Assembly: GCA_965649165.1 (NCBI GenBank)
Contig: CBFGJT010000006.1
Span: 1,592 to 65,591 of the forward strand
From: a candidate division WOR-3 bacterium
GTDB taxonomy: Bacteria; Hydrothermota; Tepidihabitantia; Tepidihabitantales; Tepidihabitantaceae
Reading direction: 5' to 3'
Length of the DNA: 64,000 nt
Part shown: positions 55,147-64,000 of the stretch, piece by piece
How the letters are laid out: each line of letters starts with the position of its first letter
Position numbering within the stretch: position 1 is the stretch's first letter
The notes under the pieces: generated by a model
Database searches by the model: none
What the model was told of the DNA's origin: nothing
What the model saw: the letters and a program-made list of their open reading frames with translations, nothing else
Program-made: the position numbers and the translations under genes

Positions 55147-55251
55147 CCGTTATCATTTTACCCCGGGGTGCCCGGTGTGTCAAATAAGCGGCTACCGTTT
55201 TTGACTGCTCAGGTGGCACCGGTATAATTAATCAATAGAAGGGAGGCAGAA

Positions 55252-55824
55252 TTGACTGTTGCCGAGACCATAGAAAAGAGAAGGGCTTACCGTTCGCTGG
55301 TACCGGTGGCGATTAACGAGGAGCTGATTAGAGATCTGACCCGGCACGCCCAGCTGGCACCGACCTGCTTTAACAGCCAGCCGGCGCGGTTTGTATTTGT
55401 CTATGAGCCGCAGCAGCTGGAGCGGCTGAAACAGGTTTACAGCCCTGGAAACGAGTGGTGTCATGCGGCGTCAATGGTGGTGGCGGTGTTCAGTAAAAAG
55501 GAGCTGGATTGTGTAATTCGTGACCGGGAGTATTACCTGTATGATACCGGTATGCAGGTAGCGTTTTTGATTCTCCGAGCAACCGAGCTCGGACTGGTGG
55601 CGCACCCGATTGCCGGTTACAGTCCGAAAAAGGTCCGGGAAATTCTGGGGATTCCGGAGGAGTATAATGTGATCACCCTGATCATCATCGGCCGGCATGC
55701 CTCCGAGCCGAGCCCGGTGCTCTCGGAAAAGCAGGTCGAAGCGGAAAGGCAGCGGCCGGAACGGTTACCCATGGAACAGGTGATGTTTCTAAATCGTTAT
55801 CCAGCGGCAGAAGAGGGGCGATGA
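55252..55824 (+). CDS. Nitroreductase family protein
   Basis: 190 aa with nitroreductase-fold motifs RRAYRSL, APTCFNSQP and VAHPIAGY. Confidence 0.8.
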   Translation: MTVAETIEKRRAYRSLVPVAINEELIRDLTRHAQLAPTCFNSQPARFVFVYEPQQLERLKQVYSPGNEWCHAASMVVAVFSKKELDCVIRDREYYLYDTGMQVAFLILRATELGLVAHPIAGYSPKKVREILGIPEEYNVITLIIIGRHASEPSPVLSEKQVEAERQRPERLPMEQVMFLNRYPAAEEGR

Positions 55825-56078
55825 AAAGGCTACGCCAACTCCATGTTATTTCCGGGATGATTCTGGCTCCATTTCTTGTCATTACCGGCATCACCGGGGT
55901 CCTGATTCTGGTCTCTGACCGCTTCTGGGAACTGCTGCCGGTTCACTCCTGGTTCCGGTGGGGTGGGGTTTTTATCGGGTTGGGCCTGATACTGCTCATG
56001 ATTACCGGAACAGCGGTCCGGATTAAGAGTTTGATTGACCGCAGGAGAAAATCGACTGTTTCCAAGAGTAACCACTAA
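55821..56078 (+). CDS. Small membrane protein (PepSY-TM-like helices)
   Basis: 85 aa with two TM helices. Its ATG overlaps the nitroreductase stop (ATGA). Confidence 0.45.
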   Translation: MKRLRQLHVISGMILAPFLVITGITGVLILVSDRFWELLPVHSWFRWGGVFIGLGLILLMITGTAVRIKSLIDRRRKSTVSKSNH

Positions 56079-56229
56079 TTTTAGTTTTAACACAATTTTC
56101 AAATAGTTATATAAAAAACGTTTTATAATAAATTGTTCTTTAGAGATCTTCAATTATTAATCAATCGGGGGGAAATAGTGCCCAGTATATTAGTAATAAA
56201 TGTCTCAGAAGTGCTAAAAAGGATGTTTT

Positions 56230-57584
56230 ATGGATGTATTTAATCTTGAATACCTTGAGGTTTCAAGAAGTCTGCTCGCAGCGCTTATCAGTTCGCAGCC
56301 GGTCCCTTTCTGGTCAATTTCGCCCCAGATGCTGGGCTGGCTGATGATGGGTTTGAAATCTGAGCAGGGGTATCTCCGGCAGCACCGTCATAAAGCGCGT
56401 AGTAGCGAAGAGGATCAGGGGGAGAGAATGGCTGAGGCGGAATACAATCCCCCTGATCCGGCAAAATTGCACAGCCGGCTGGAGGAGATCGTTAAGCGGG
56501 CGCGGGAAAACGGTTATCAGATTCCACTGGAGGTGCTGTGTGCTGAGTTTGGTATTTCCCAGCAGGAGAAGTTGGTCCTGCTGTTCCTTTTCTTTGCCCG
56601 GCTGAGCGGGAAGCCGTTTTTGGAGCAGAGCCGTTGAGAACGCTGGGTGGTGGGTTCCGGAATATGATCGCGAATCTGACCATCTTAAGCCCCATGAGCA
56701 AACTGTTTGCCCACCGGCTGATCAAGATGCGCAAGTAATTTTTTCTATGGCAGGGAAAACTGGAGGAGAAGGTTTCAGAACGCCGAGATCAGAAGTGGTT
56801 GATCTGGATCAAGGAGCCGGGGGTCAGCCTTGAGCAGCTGGTACTGTCCCAGACGCACCTCGGCTGTATTGAGGATGCACTCTGGTAGTCAAAGCACCTT
56901 GAGGGTGCGCTCTGGGATTACGGCGTTGACCGTGCGATCCCCCACGGCCGGGCGACAACCATGCTCTTCAATGGACAACCCGGCACGGCCAAGACCGCAA
57001 CCGCCGCGGCGATCGTCCGGTGTTTGAAAAAAGCTGGGGTATGTGCGGTATGACCAGCTCAACAGCAAATGGTTTGGTGATTCGGAAAAGAATGTCCGGA
57101 TGGTATTTGAGGAGGCTCGGAAGGTGGAGTGTGTGCTGGTGTTTGATGAGGCGGACGCCTGCTTCGGCCGGCGGCTGGACGAGTTCCGGTCTGCCGACCG
57201 CGTGCTTAATCTGATGACCAATATCCTGATGCAGGAGATTGAGTTCTATAAAGGGCTGATAATCCTGACTACCAATCGCGACTTTGCGCTTGATTCCGTA
57301 TTTGAGTGCCGGTTGCTGCTCCGGCTGAAGTTTGAACTGCCGGATGCAGCCGCACGGGAGCGAATCTGGCAGAAGTTTCTTGCCGACTGTCCGAAGCTTG
57401 CTTCTGATGTCTCATTTGTTCAGCTCGTAGCCCGTTTCCCCTTTCCGGCGGCAAGATCAAGAATGCGGTGCTGAAGGCGGTAACCGCGGCTGCCCGGGAA
57501 GAGCGTCCGATCACGATGGCGGACCTGGGATCGGCAGCCGGTGAGGGAATCGGGGAGCAGAAGTCAACGCCCATCGGTTTTTAG
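56230..57584 (+). pseudogene. Disrupted AAA+ ATPase gene
   Basis: The parts lie in different frames. Walker A FNGQPGTAKT (about 56965-56995) is in frame 0. Walker B VLVFDEAD and the sensor region (57043-57474) are in frame 1. The C-terminal part LSGGKIKNAVLKAV... returns to frame 0 and runs to the stop at 57582-57584. In-frame TAA (56736) and TAG (56886) codons are also present. Confidence 0.6.
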
Positions 57585-57691
57585 GCACTGGTGCGGGTAA
57601 CAGAGCTGATATCGGGATTTGAGGGAATGTTCCCATTGTTGACATCGCAAACGGTTTGGTTATGGTATAGAAATAAAAAGAAGAGGAGTAT

Positions 57692-57961
57692 ATGGCTTTA
57701 AGCAAGGAAAAGAAGCAGAAGCTGGTAACAACCTTCCGGTTGCACGAGCGGGATACCGGTTCGCCTGAGGTGCAGATCGCAATTCTGACTGAACGGATTA
57801 ATCAACTGACTGAGCATCTCAAGGTGCACAAGAAGGACAAGCATTCCCGGCGGGGGCTGATCAAGCTGGTGAATGAACGGCGCCGGCATCTGCAGTATCT
57901 GGCAAAGCATCATCAGGACCGTTATGAGAAGATAGTTGCCAGTCTCGGACTGCGGGGTTAG
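57692..57961 (+). CDS. rpsO: 30S ribosomal protein S15
   Basis: 89 aa. The sequence is [30 protein letters not shown]... and a GAGGAG Shine-Dalgarno sequence lies upstream. Confidence 0.95.
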   Translation: MALSKEKKQKLVTTFRLHERDTGSPEVQIAILTERINQLTEHLKVHKKDKHSRRGLIKLVNERRRHLQYLAKHHQDRYEKIVASLGLRG

Positions 57962-57965
57962 GTTT

Positions 57966-60179
57966 ATGCACCGCGTCGAGACCGAGGTCTGCGGCCGAAC
58001 CCTGTCTTTGGAGTTTGGCCGTGTTGCCCGCCAGGCAGATGGCGGGATTTTGGCCCGTTACGGTGATTCGGTGGTGCTGGCAAGTGCGGTTTATAACAAG
58101 CAGCCACTTGAGAGCTATCAAGATTTCTTCCCGCTGGTAGTGGATTACCGGGAGCTGGCTTATGCTGCCGGCAAGATTCCGGGTGGATTTTTCAAGCGGG
58201 AGGGGAAGCCGCGTGACAAGGAAACGCTGACCTGCCGGCTGATTGACCGTCCGATCCGTCCTCTGTTCCCGGATGACTTCCGAAATGAAACACAGATCAT
58301 TGCCTATCTGCTCTCAACTGACATGGAAAATGAAAGTGAATTCTTGAGTCTGGTTGCGGCATCGGCGGCACTGACTGTTTCCGAGATTCCGTTTCTGGGT
58401 CCAATTGGTGCCTGCCGGGTAGGAAAGATTCACGGGCAGCTGGTGTGTAATCCACCAATGAGTCAGCTGGATGAGGCGGAGATGTCAATGCTGTTTGTCG
58501 GGATTGAGGGCGATCTCATTATGACCATTGCCGGACAGGCGCGCGAGGTAACAATTGGTGATATTGACCAGGCGTGTGAGCTGGCATTGCCCGTGATCCG
58601 CCAGACGATTGAACTGCAGAAGGAGTTGCAGGCGGCCGTGGGCAAGCCGAAGGTCAGGCCGGCAGTACCGATGATGAGTGATGAGCTCCGGGCAGCGGTG
58701 CAGGAGCTGGCTGCGGAACGGGCACGGGCAACTAATGACATCAAGGACAAGCGCAGCCGGAGTCAGGCGCGCCAGGAACTGGCAAAAGAGGTGATTGATA
58801 AGCTGTGTGAAAAGTTTCCGGAGGCGGAACCGGCGATCCAGGCGGCACTGGAGGAAATCGTTGCCGCTGATGTGCGCCACCGGATTCTGGACAAGAGTGA
58901 GCGGCTTGATGGCCGGGCGCTGGATGAGATCCGGCCGATTGAATGTGCCGTTGGCGTCCTGCCCCGCGCACACGGCTCAGCGCTGTTTACCCGCGGAGAG
59001 ACGCAGTCACTGGCAACCACAACTCTGGGGACAAAGTCGGATGAGCAGATTATTGATGATGTCGAGCTGGCGATGGAGGAGAAGAAGTCCTTCATGCTCC
59101 ATTACAACTTTCCGCCATTTTCAGTGGGGGAAGTCCGGATGCTGCGGGGCCCTGGACGCCGGGAGATCGGACACGGAGATTTAGCGGAACGGGCATTGCA
59201 GGCGGTGGTACCAAAGGAAGAGGAGTTTCCATATACAATCAGGATTGTGTCGGATATTCTCGAATCCAACGGCAGTTCTTCAATGGCATCGGTCTGCTCG
59301 GGATCGCTGTCAATGATGGATGCGGGAGTGCCGGTGAAGGCAGCGGTCGCCGGTATTGCCATGGGGCTGGTGAAGGAGGGCGGCCGGTACCGGATTCTGA
59401 CCGATATCATCGGTGACGAGGACCATTATGGCGATATGGATTTCAAGGTGGCGGGCACTAGTGCCGGTATCACTGCCATTCAGCTTGATCTAAAGCTCCG
59501 TGGTGTGCCCTATTCCATCCTGCATGAGGCGCTGGAGCAGGCGACCCGGGCGCGGCTGAAAGTACTGGAGGTAATGAACGCTTGCATTGACAGACCGCGG
59601 CCGGAAATCTCCAAGTATGCACCGAGGATTGTGTCGTTTGTTATTGACAAGGACAAGATTGGTACCGTGATCGGACCGGGTGGTAAAACTATTCGTAAAA
59701 TCATTGACCAGACGAATACCACTATCGACATTGAGGATGACGGGACGGTTACGATCGCTGCCACCAATCCGGATAATCTGAGAAAGGCAAAGGAGTGGAT
59801 TGAGTCGCTCGTGGCAGAGGTTGAGGTAGGTAAAATTTACCAGGGAACGGTGACGAGGATAATGAACTTCGGAGCGTTTGTGGAAATTCTACCCGGCAAG
59901 GAAGGAATGATTCACATATCCCAGCTGGGACCGGAGCGCTACCGCCAGGTGACCGATGCGGTGAAGGTCGGCGACAGGGTATGGGTAAAAGTAGTTGAAA
60001 TTGACGAACAGGGGAGGATAAATCTGTCCCGTAAAAAGGCGATGGAGGAGCGGGGAGAAATTCCGGTCTCAGATGATACACGAAAAGGCGACCGGCGTCC
60101 CCGACCTGGGAGGACACAGCAGTCGACCCGGACTGGCAGCTCCCGGAATCAGACTCACCAGCACCGTCCCAGGCATTAA
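57966..60179 (+). CDS. pnp: Polyribonucleotide nucleotidyltransferase (PNPase)
   Basis: Two RNase PH domains, KH (GKTIRKIID) and S1 (GTVTRIMNFGAFVEI). ATG 57966 lies 4 nt after the rpsO stop. The track start at 57936 overlaps rpsO. Confidence 0.95.
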   Translation: MHRVETEVCGRTLSLEFGRVARQADGGILARYGDSVVLASAVYNKQPLESYQDFFPLVVDYRELAYAAGKIPGGFFKREGKPRDKETLTCRLIDRPIRPLFPDDFRNETQIIAYLLSTDMENESEFLSLVAASAALTVSEIPFLGPIGACRVGKIHGQLVCNPPMSQLDEAEMSMLFVGIEGDLIMTIAGQAREVTIGDIDQACELALPVIRQTIELQKELQAAVGKPKVRPAVPMMSDELRAAVQELAAERARATNDIKDKRSRSQARQELAKEVIDKLCEKFPEAEPAIQAALEEIVAADVRHRILDKSERLDGRALDEIRPIECAVGVLPRAHGSALFTRGETQSLATTTLGTKSDEQIIDDVELAMEEKKSFMLHYNFPPFSVGEVRMLRGPGRREIGHGDLAERALQAVVPKEEEFPYTIRIVSDILESNGSSSMASVCSGSLSMMDAGVPVKAAVAGIAMGLVKEGGRYRILTDIIGDEDHYGDMDFKVAGTSAGITAIQLDLKLRGVPYSILHEALEQATRARLKVLEVMNACIDRPRPEISKYAPRIVSFVIDKDKIGTVIGPGGKTIRKIIDQTNTTIDIEDDGTVTIAATNPDNLRKAKEWIESLVAEVEVGKIYQGTVTRIMNFGAFVEILPGKEGMIHISQLGPERYRQVTDAVKVGDRVWVKVVEIDEQGRINLSRKKAMEERGEIPVSDDTRKGDRRPRPGRTQQSTRTGSSRNQTHQHRPRH

Positions 60180-60229
60180 CAGTGGGAAGAGGGACAATTG
60201 ACTGGGCAGTAGCAAAGTGAAGCTGAAAG

Positions 60230-61504
60230 ATGAAGTGGGGTGAAACTGGAGTTTCGGAAATTCATGCCACCCGCTTGCCGGGTGGCATGTTTGTTATTAC
60301 CGAAAAACTGCCCCATTTCCATTCAGTCACTCTCGGGTTTGCTTATCGTGTCGGGGCACGGGATGATCAGCCCGGTCAGGAAGGAATCGCCCATCTGATT
60401 GAGCATATGATTTTCAAGGGAACCGAGGATTTGGATGCCAGGACGATTAATATCATTACCGAATCCCATGGTGCGGAGCTGAACGGGTTTACTGATAAAG
60501 AAGGCACCTGCTTTTATGCCCGGTTTCCGCGGGATCAGGGTGCGGTGATTACTGGACTAATGCAGCAGATTCTAACTGCACCGGCATTTTCCGAACCGGA
60601 ACTGGCAAAGGAGAAGGAGGTGGTGCGAGAGGAGATCAGAGCCGGGGAGGAGGATCCTGAGTCCTGTGCACTGAACCTGCTGTTTTCTGCCCTTTTCGGG
60701 GATGGCCCGCTGGGGCGCCCCGCTATCGGTACTCTTGACTCCATTGGTTCGATTTCGGGTAGAGATCTGCGAGAATTTTATCAGAGCCATTACTGTACCG
60801 ATAACGGAGTAGTAGTGGCGGTTGGTGCGGTTGATCATCCAGAGTTGGTGAAATTACTTTCTGAGTTCGGTAATCGAGAAAGTGCGCGGGCGGGGCGTCA
60901 ACCAAGTCTGCCCGGCCAACGGAATTTTCTTACCCGCCATCGGCCGGATATTTCTCAGGTTCATTTATGTCTGGCGGTTCCGATGTTTTCTTATGCGGAT
61001 CCCAGACGCTATGCGCTTGCGGTGCTGAATACCGCACTCGGCGGAGGTGTTTCATCCCGGCTGTTTCAGCGGTTACGGGAGGAGGAGGGTCTGGTATATT
61101 CAGTGGGCAGCTTTGTCGAGCTTTATCAGGATACCGGACTGCTGGCGGTTTATTTTTCTGTAGAACAGCAGAAACTGGCACGGTGTGTCGATGTGCTGAA
61201 GGATGAACTGCGCCGATTGAGAACGGACAAGATCACCCGCGAGGAGTTTGAGCGGGCGCTGGTTATGACCCGGAGTGCGGTGCTTTTAGGAATGGAAAGT
61301 CCGATTAACCGGATGCTGCGGCTGAGTCGGGCCTATCTGATTTTGGGGCGGATTCAGACCTTGGAGGAGATTATCGCTGCATATGATCAGGTGACCTGGG
61401 AACAGGTCAACAGTCTGATTGAGGAGCTGATAATTGAGGAACGGTTTTATGGCAGCGCCGTAGGTCCGGTACCGGAATCAGAACTGAAGAAAGTTATTTT
61501 CTAA
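60230..61504 (+). CDS. M16 family (pitrilysin-like) zinc peptidase
   Basis: Inverted zinc motif HLIEHMIFKGT (HxxEH). Confidence 0.85.
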   Translation: MKWGETGVSEIHATRLPGGMFVITEKLPHFHSVTLGFAYRVGARDDQPGQEGIAHLIEHMIFKGTEDLDARTINIITESHGAELNGFTDKEGTCFYARFPRDQGAVITGLMQQILTAPAFSEPELAKEKEVVREEIRAGEEDPESCALNLLFSALFGDGPLGRPAIGTLDSIGSISGRDLREFYQSHYCTDNGVVVAVGAVDHPELVKLLSEFGNRESARAGRQPSLPGQRNFLTRHRPDISQVHLCLAVPMFSYADPRRYALAVLNTALGGGVSSRLFQRLREEEGLVYSVGSFVELYQDTGLLAVYFSVEQQKLARCVDVLKDELRRLRTDKITREEFERALVMTRSAVLLGMESPINRMLRLSRAYLILGRIQTLEEIIAAYDQVTWEQVNSLIEELIIEERFYGSAVGPVPESELKKVIF

Positions 61505-61523
61505 GCAAAGGAGAGGAAAGGGT

Positions 61524-62738
61524 ATGATAAACCCAGAACAGAAATTACGGTTATCAGCACGTGCCCAGATCATGCCGGCTTCACCGATCCGGCGTCTTGT
61601 CCCGTATGCTGAGCTGGCTAAAGCCCGGGGCATCAAGGTTTATCATCTGAACATCGGACAGCCGGATATTGAGACCCCGATTGAAATTATCAATGGTTAC
61701 CGGCAGATCGATATTAAAGTTCTTGAGTATGGACATTCTGCCGGTTTAAGGAGCTATATCAGGACACTGGTTGACTATTATTACCGAGCGGGAATTGCGG
61801 TTGAAGAGGAAAATATTCTAGTGACCACTGGCGGCAGTGAGGCAATTGCATTTGCCCTGCAGGCGGTATGCGATCCCGGCGATGAGGTTCTGGTGCCAGA
61901 GCCATTCTACACCAACTATCTCGGATTTGCAATCATGGCGGGAGTAAAGGTTGTGCCGATTACGACCTTTCGGGCCAGCGGTTTTGCTCTCCCAAGAAAG
62001 GATGAAATTGTCCGGCTGATCACCTCCAGGACCCGGGCGATTCTGTTTTCCAACCCCGGTAATCCGACCGGGGTAGTATATACAGAACCGGAGATGATGC
62101 TATTAAAGGACTTGGCGCTGGAGTATAATCTGTTTCTCATCGGTGATGAGGTCTACCGTGAGTTTGTTTATGAAGAAGTTAAGCCGTTAAGTGTACTTAA
62201 CCTGCAGGGGGTGGAGGACCGGACGGTAATGGTTGATTCCATTTCCAAACGATACAGCGCCTGCGGGGCGCGTATCGGCTGTGTGGTTTCGAGAAACCGT
62301 GACTTCATGACCGCAATGCTGAAGTTCGGACAGGCACGACTCTGTCCGCCAACTATCGATCAGTTGGCGGCACAGGAGGCAGCAAAGATTCCGGGGGCGT
62401 ATTTTGAGCGGGTGCGTAATGAGTACCGCTGCCGGCGTGATGTGCTCTGCGCCAAGCTGGCGAAGATTCCCGGGGTTGAATTTACGACACCCCGCGGTGC
62501 ATTTTATCTGATTGCCGGACTGCCGGTGGATGATGCCGAGCGGTTTGCCATTTTCATGCTGGAGCGGTTTCATGTGAACAATGAAACGGTAATGGTAGCA
62601 CCGGGTAACGGGTTTTACGCCACACCCGGACTGGGCAGAAATGAGGTGCGTATTGCTTATGTGCTGGAGTGCGAAGCGCTGGTCCGGGCGGTTGAAATTC
62701 TGAAAGCCGGGCTTGCAGTCTATCAGCAGGGTGGATAA
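61524..62738 (+). CDS. PLP-dependent aminotransferase, class I/II (aspartate/aromatic type)
   Basis: 404 aa. Carries NIGQPD, the PLP-lysine context SISKRYSACGARIG, and GNPTG. Confidence 0.85.
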   Translation: MINPEQKLRLSARAQIMPASPIRRLVPYAELAKARGIKVYHLNIGQPDIETPIEIINGYRQIDIKVLEYGHSAGLRSYIRTLVDYYYRAGIAVEEENILVTTGGSEAIAFALQAVCDPGDEVLVPEPFYTNYLGFAIMAGVKVVPITTFRASGFALPRKDEIVRLITSRTRAILFSNPGNPTGVVYTEPEMMLLKDLALEYNLFLIGDEVYREFVYEEVKPLSVLNLQGVEDRTVMVDSISKRYSACGARIGCVVSRNRDFMTAMLKFGQARLCPPTIDQLAAQEAAKIPGAYFERVRNEYRCRRDVLCAKLAKIPGVEFTTPRGAFYLIAGLPVDDAERFAIFMLERFHVNNETVMVAPGNGFYATPGLGRNEVRIAYVLECEALVRAVEILKAGLAVYQQGG

Positions 62739-62781
62739 AATAGAGTGGCGACAGTACTTGATTCCGGCGTAAAGGTTTGAC

Positions 62782-63945
62782 ATGCGGATCTGCATGGTGT
62801 CGGATAATTATTACCCGTATATCGGTGGAATTGCGGAACATATCCATCATCTCGCGGTTGAACTTCGACGCCGGGGGCATACGGTGAAAATTCTCACTAC
62901 CCGGGTGGGGGGAAAGAGCCTCGCCTGTTTGGACAAAGTGCCGGATGAGGATCAGGTTTTCCGAGTGGGACGCGGACTGGTGATTCGTTCGAATAAATCG
63001 TTTGCCCGGGTGCCGGTGGCATTCCGCCCCTTTACTCGGGTGAAGCGTTTTTTTGAGCGGGAGCGGTTTGATGTTATCCATCTCCATGGTTCACTGGCGC
63101 CAACCCTGCCGCTGGTGGCACTTCAGGTTTCCCGGGCGATAAATGTTTTCACCTTTCATGCAAGCCATGATAAAAGTATCGGTTATGCCCTGTGCCGGTC
63201 GCTGCTTCTACCTTATTTTCGGGCAATCCATGGTCTGATTGCAGTTTCAACCGCAGCCCGGGATTCAACTGCGAAGTATTTCCCAGGTAATTACCGGATT
63301 ATTCCCAATGGTGTTGATGTGGATTTTTTCAAACCTGATGTCGAGCCCGTTCCGGAGCTCAATAACGGCCGGCCAAAGATACTTTTTTTAGGAAGGTTTG
63401 AGCCCCGCAAGGGGCTTAAGTATCTGCTGATGGCACTGCCGAAGATTGTCCGGGAAGTTCCGGATGTCCAGCTGGTTGTGGTCGGAACCGGTCTTTTCGG
63501 TTATGCCTACAAGGATTATCTGGATCGGGAGGTTGAGTCTCATGTCTACTGGGCGGGTTTGATTCCCGGTGAGCTGCGGCCGAGATACTACCGGGCCTGT
63601 GATGTTTTCTGTTCTCCGGCAATCGGTTATGAAAGTTTCGGGATTGTGCTTCTGGAGGCGATGGCAACCGCAAGGCCGGTGGTGGCATCAGACATCACCG
63701 GTTACCGGACGGTAATGACCGACGGGCGGGAGGGGTTTCTGGTTCCACCGCGCGACCCGGATGCAATTGCCCGGGCAATTATAAAACTGCTCAAGGAACC
63801 GGAGCGGGCACGACAGTTGGGAGAGAACGGGAGAAAACGGGCGGAGGAGTTTTCCTGGGCAAATATCGCTTTACAGGTGGAGAGTTTTTATCAGGAGCTG
63901 GTTGACCGTTATCCGGTGCCGAGAGTCCATTTTAAAAGTGCCTAG
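62782..63945 (+). CDS. Glycosyltransferase family 4 (PimA/PimB-like)
   Basis: N-terminus MRICMVSDNYYPYIGGIAEH. The E-x7-E region reads ESFGIVLLEAMATARPVV. Confidence 0.85.
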   Translation: MRICMVSDNYYPYIGGIAEHIHHLAVELRRRGHTVKILTTRVGGKSLACLDKVPDEDQVFRVGRGLVIRSNKSFARVPVAFRPFTRVKRFFERERFDVIHLHGSLAPTLPLVALQVSRAINVFTFHASHDKSIGYALCRSLLLPYFRAIHGLIAVSTAARDSTAKYFPGNYRIIPNGVDVDFFKPDVEPVPELNNGRPKILFLGRFEPRKGLKYLLMALPKIVREVPDVQLVVVGTGLFGYAYKDYLDREVESHVYWAGLIPGELRPRYYRACDVFCSPAIGYESFGIVLLEAMATARPVVASDITGYRTVMTDGREGFLVPPRDPDAIARAIIKLLKEPERARQLGENGRKRAEEFSWANIALQVESFYQELVDRYPVPRVHFKSA

Positions 63946-64000
63946 TTCAAATAAGATCGAAGCCGGAATTTCACCGGAAGTGGTGCTGGATCCGAAGCGC

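Noticed and set aside
54676-55227. 183-aa + strand ORF opposite phoH, and 62187-63087 minus-strand ORFs opposite the aminotransferase and GT4 genes
   Set aside because: They are shadow ORFs opposite well-supported genes and have no independent signals.

Overview
This window looks like a 64-kb chromosomal segment of an uncultivated bacterium, possibly from the FCB group. That placement rests on six secreted proteins whose C-terminal domains resemble T9SS or FlgD-Ig sorting domains. The segment is gene-dense, with about 55 credible CDSs, and contains the replication initiator dnaA flanked on both sides by DnaA-box clusters and an AT-rich probable oriC. Housekeeping genes recognised by motif are nadE, pdxA, rtcA, asnA, dnaA, hypF, tldD/pmbA, hisC, galE, recO, ybeY, phoH, rpsO and pnp. 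Envelope genes include three glycosyltransferases, an ABC-2 exporter, a PrsW protease and a flippase-like protein. Many secreted peptidases are present (C25, M19, M28, two M23, M16). I found no rRNA, tRNA, CRISPR array, transposase or integrase. The items most worth a second look are listed here. (1) A roughly 300-nt highly structured non-coding locus lies behind a sigma-54-type promoter at 4.85-5.2 kb. (2) A sigma-54 activator with an atypical N-terminus sits next to a sigma-54-like promoter that appears to drive a tldD-pmbA-Lon-like proteolysis operon. (3) Full-length HypF and a lipoprotein have conserved N-termini encoded upstream of any ATG, GTG or TTG. (4) AsnA carries a histone-like lysine-rich N-terminal extension. 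(5) Several promoters are positioned to give leaderless or nearly leaderless mRNAs. (6) A long imperfect hairpin lies downstream of a DUF72-rtcA pair. (7) Two heavily decayed genes and an unexplained AT-rich island are present. All functional calls come from reading the ORF translations and recalling family motifs. No database search was run.
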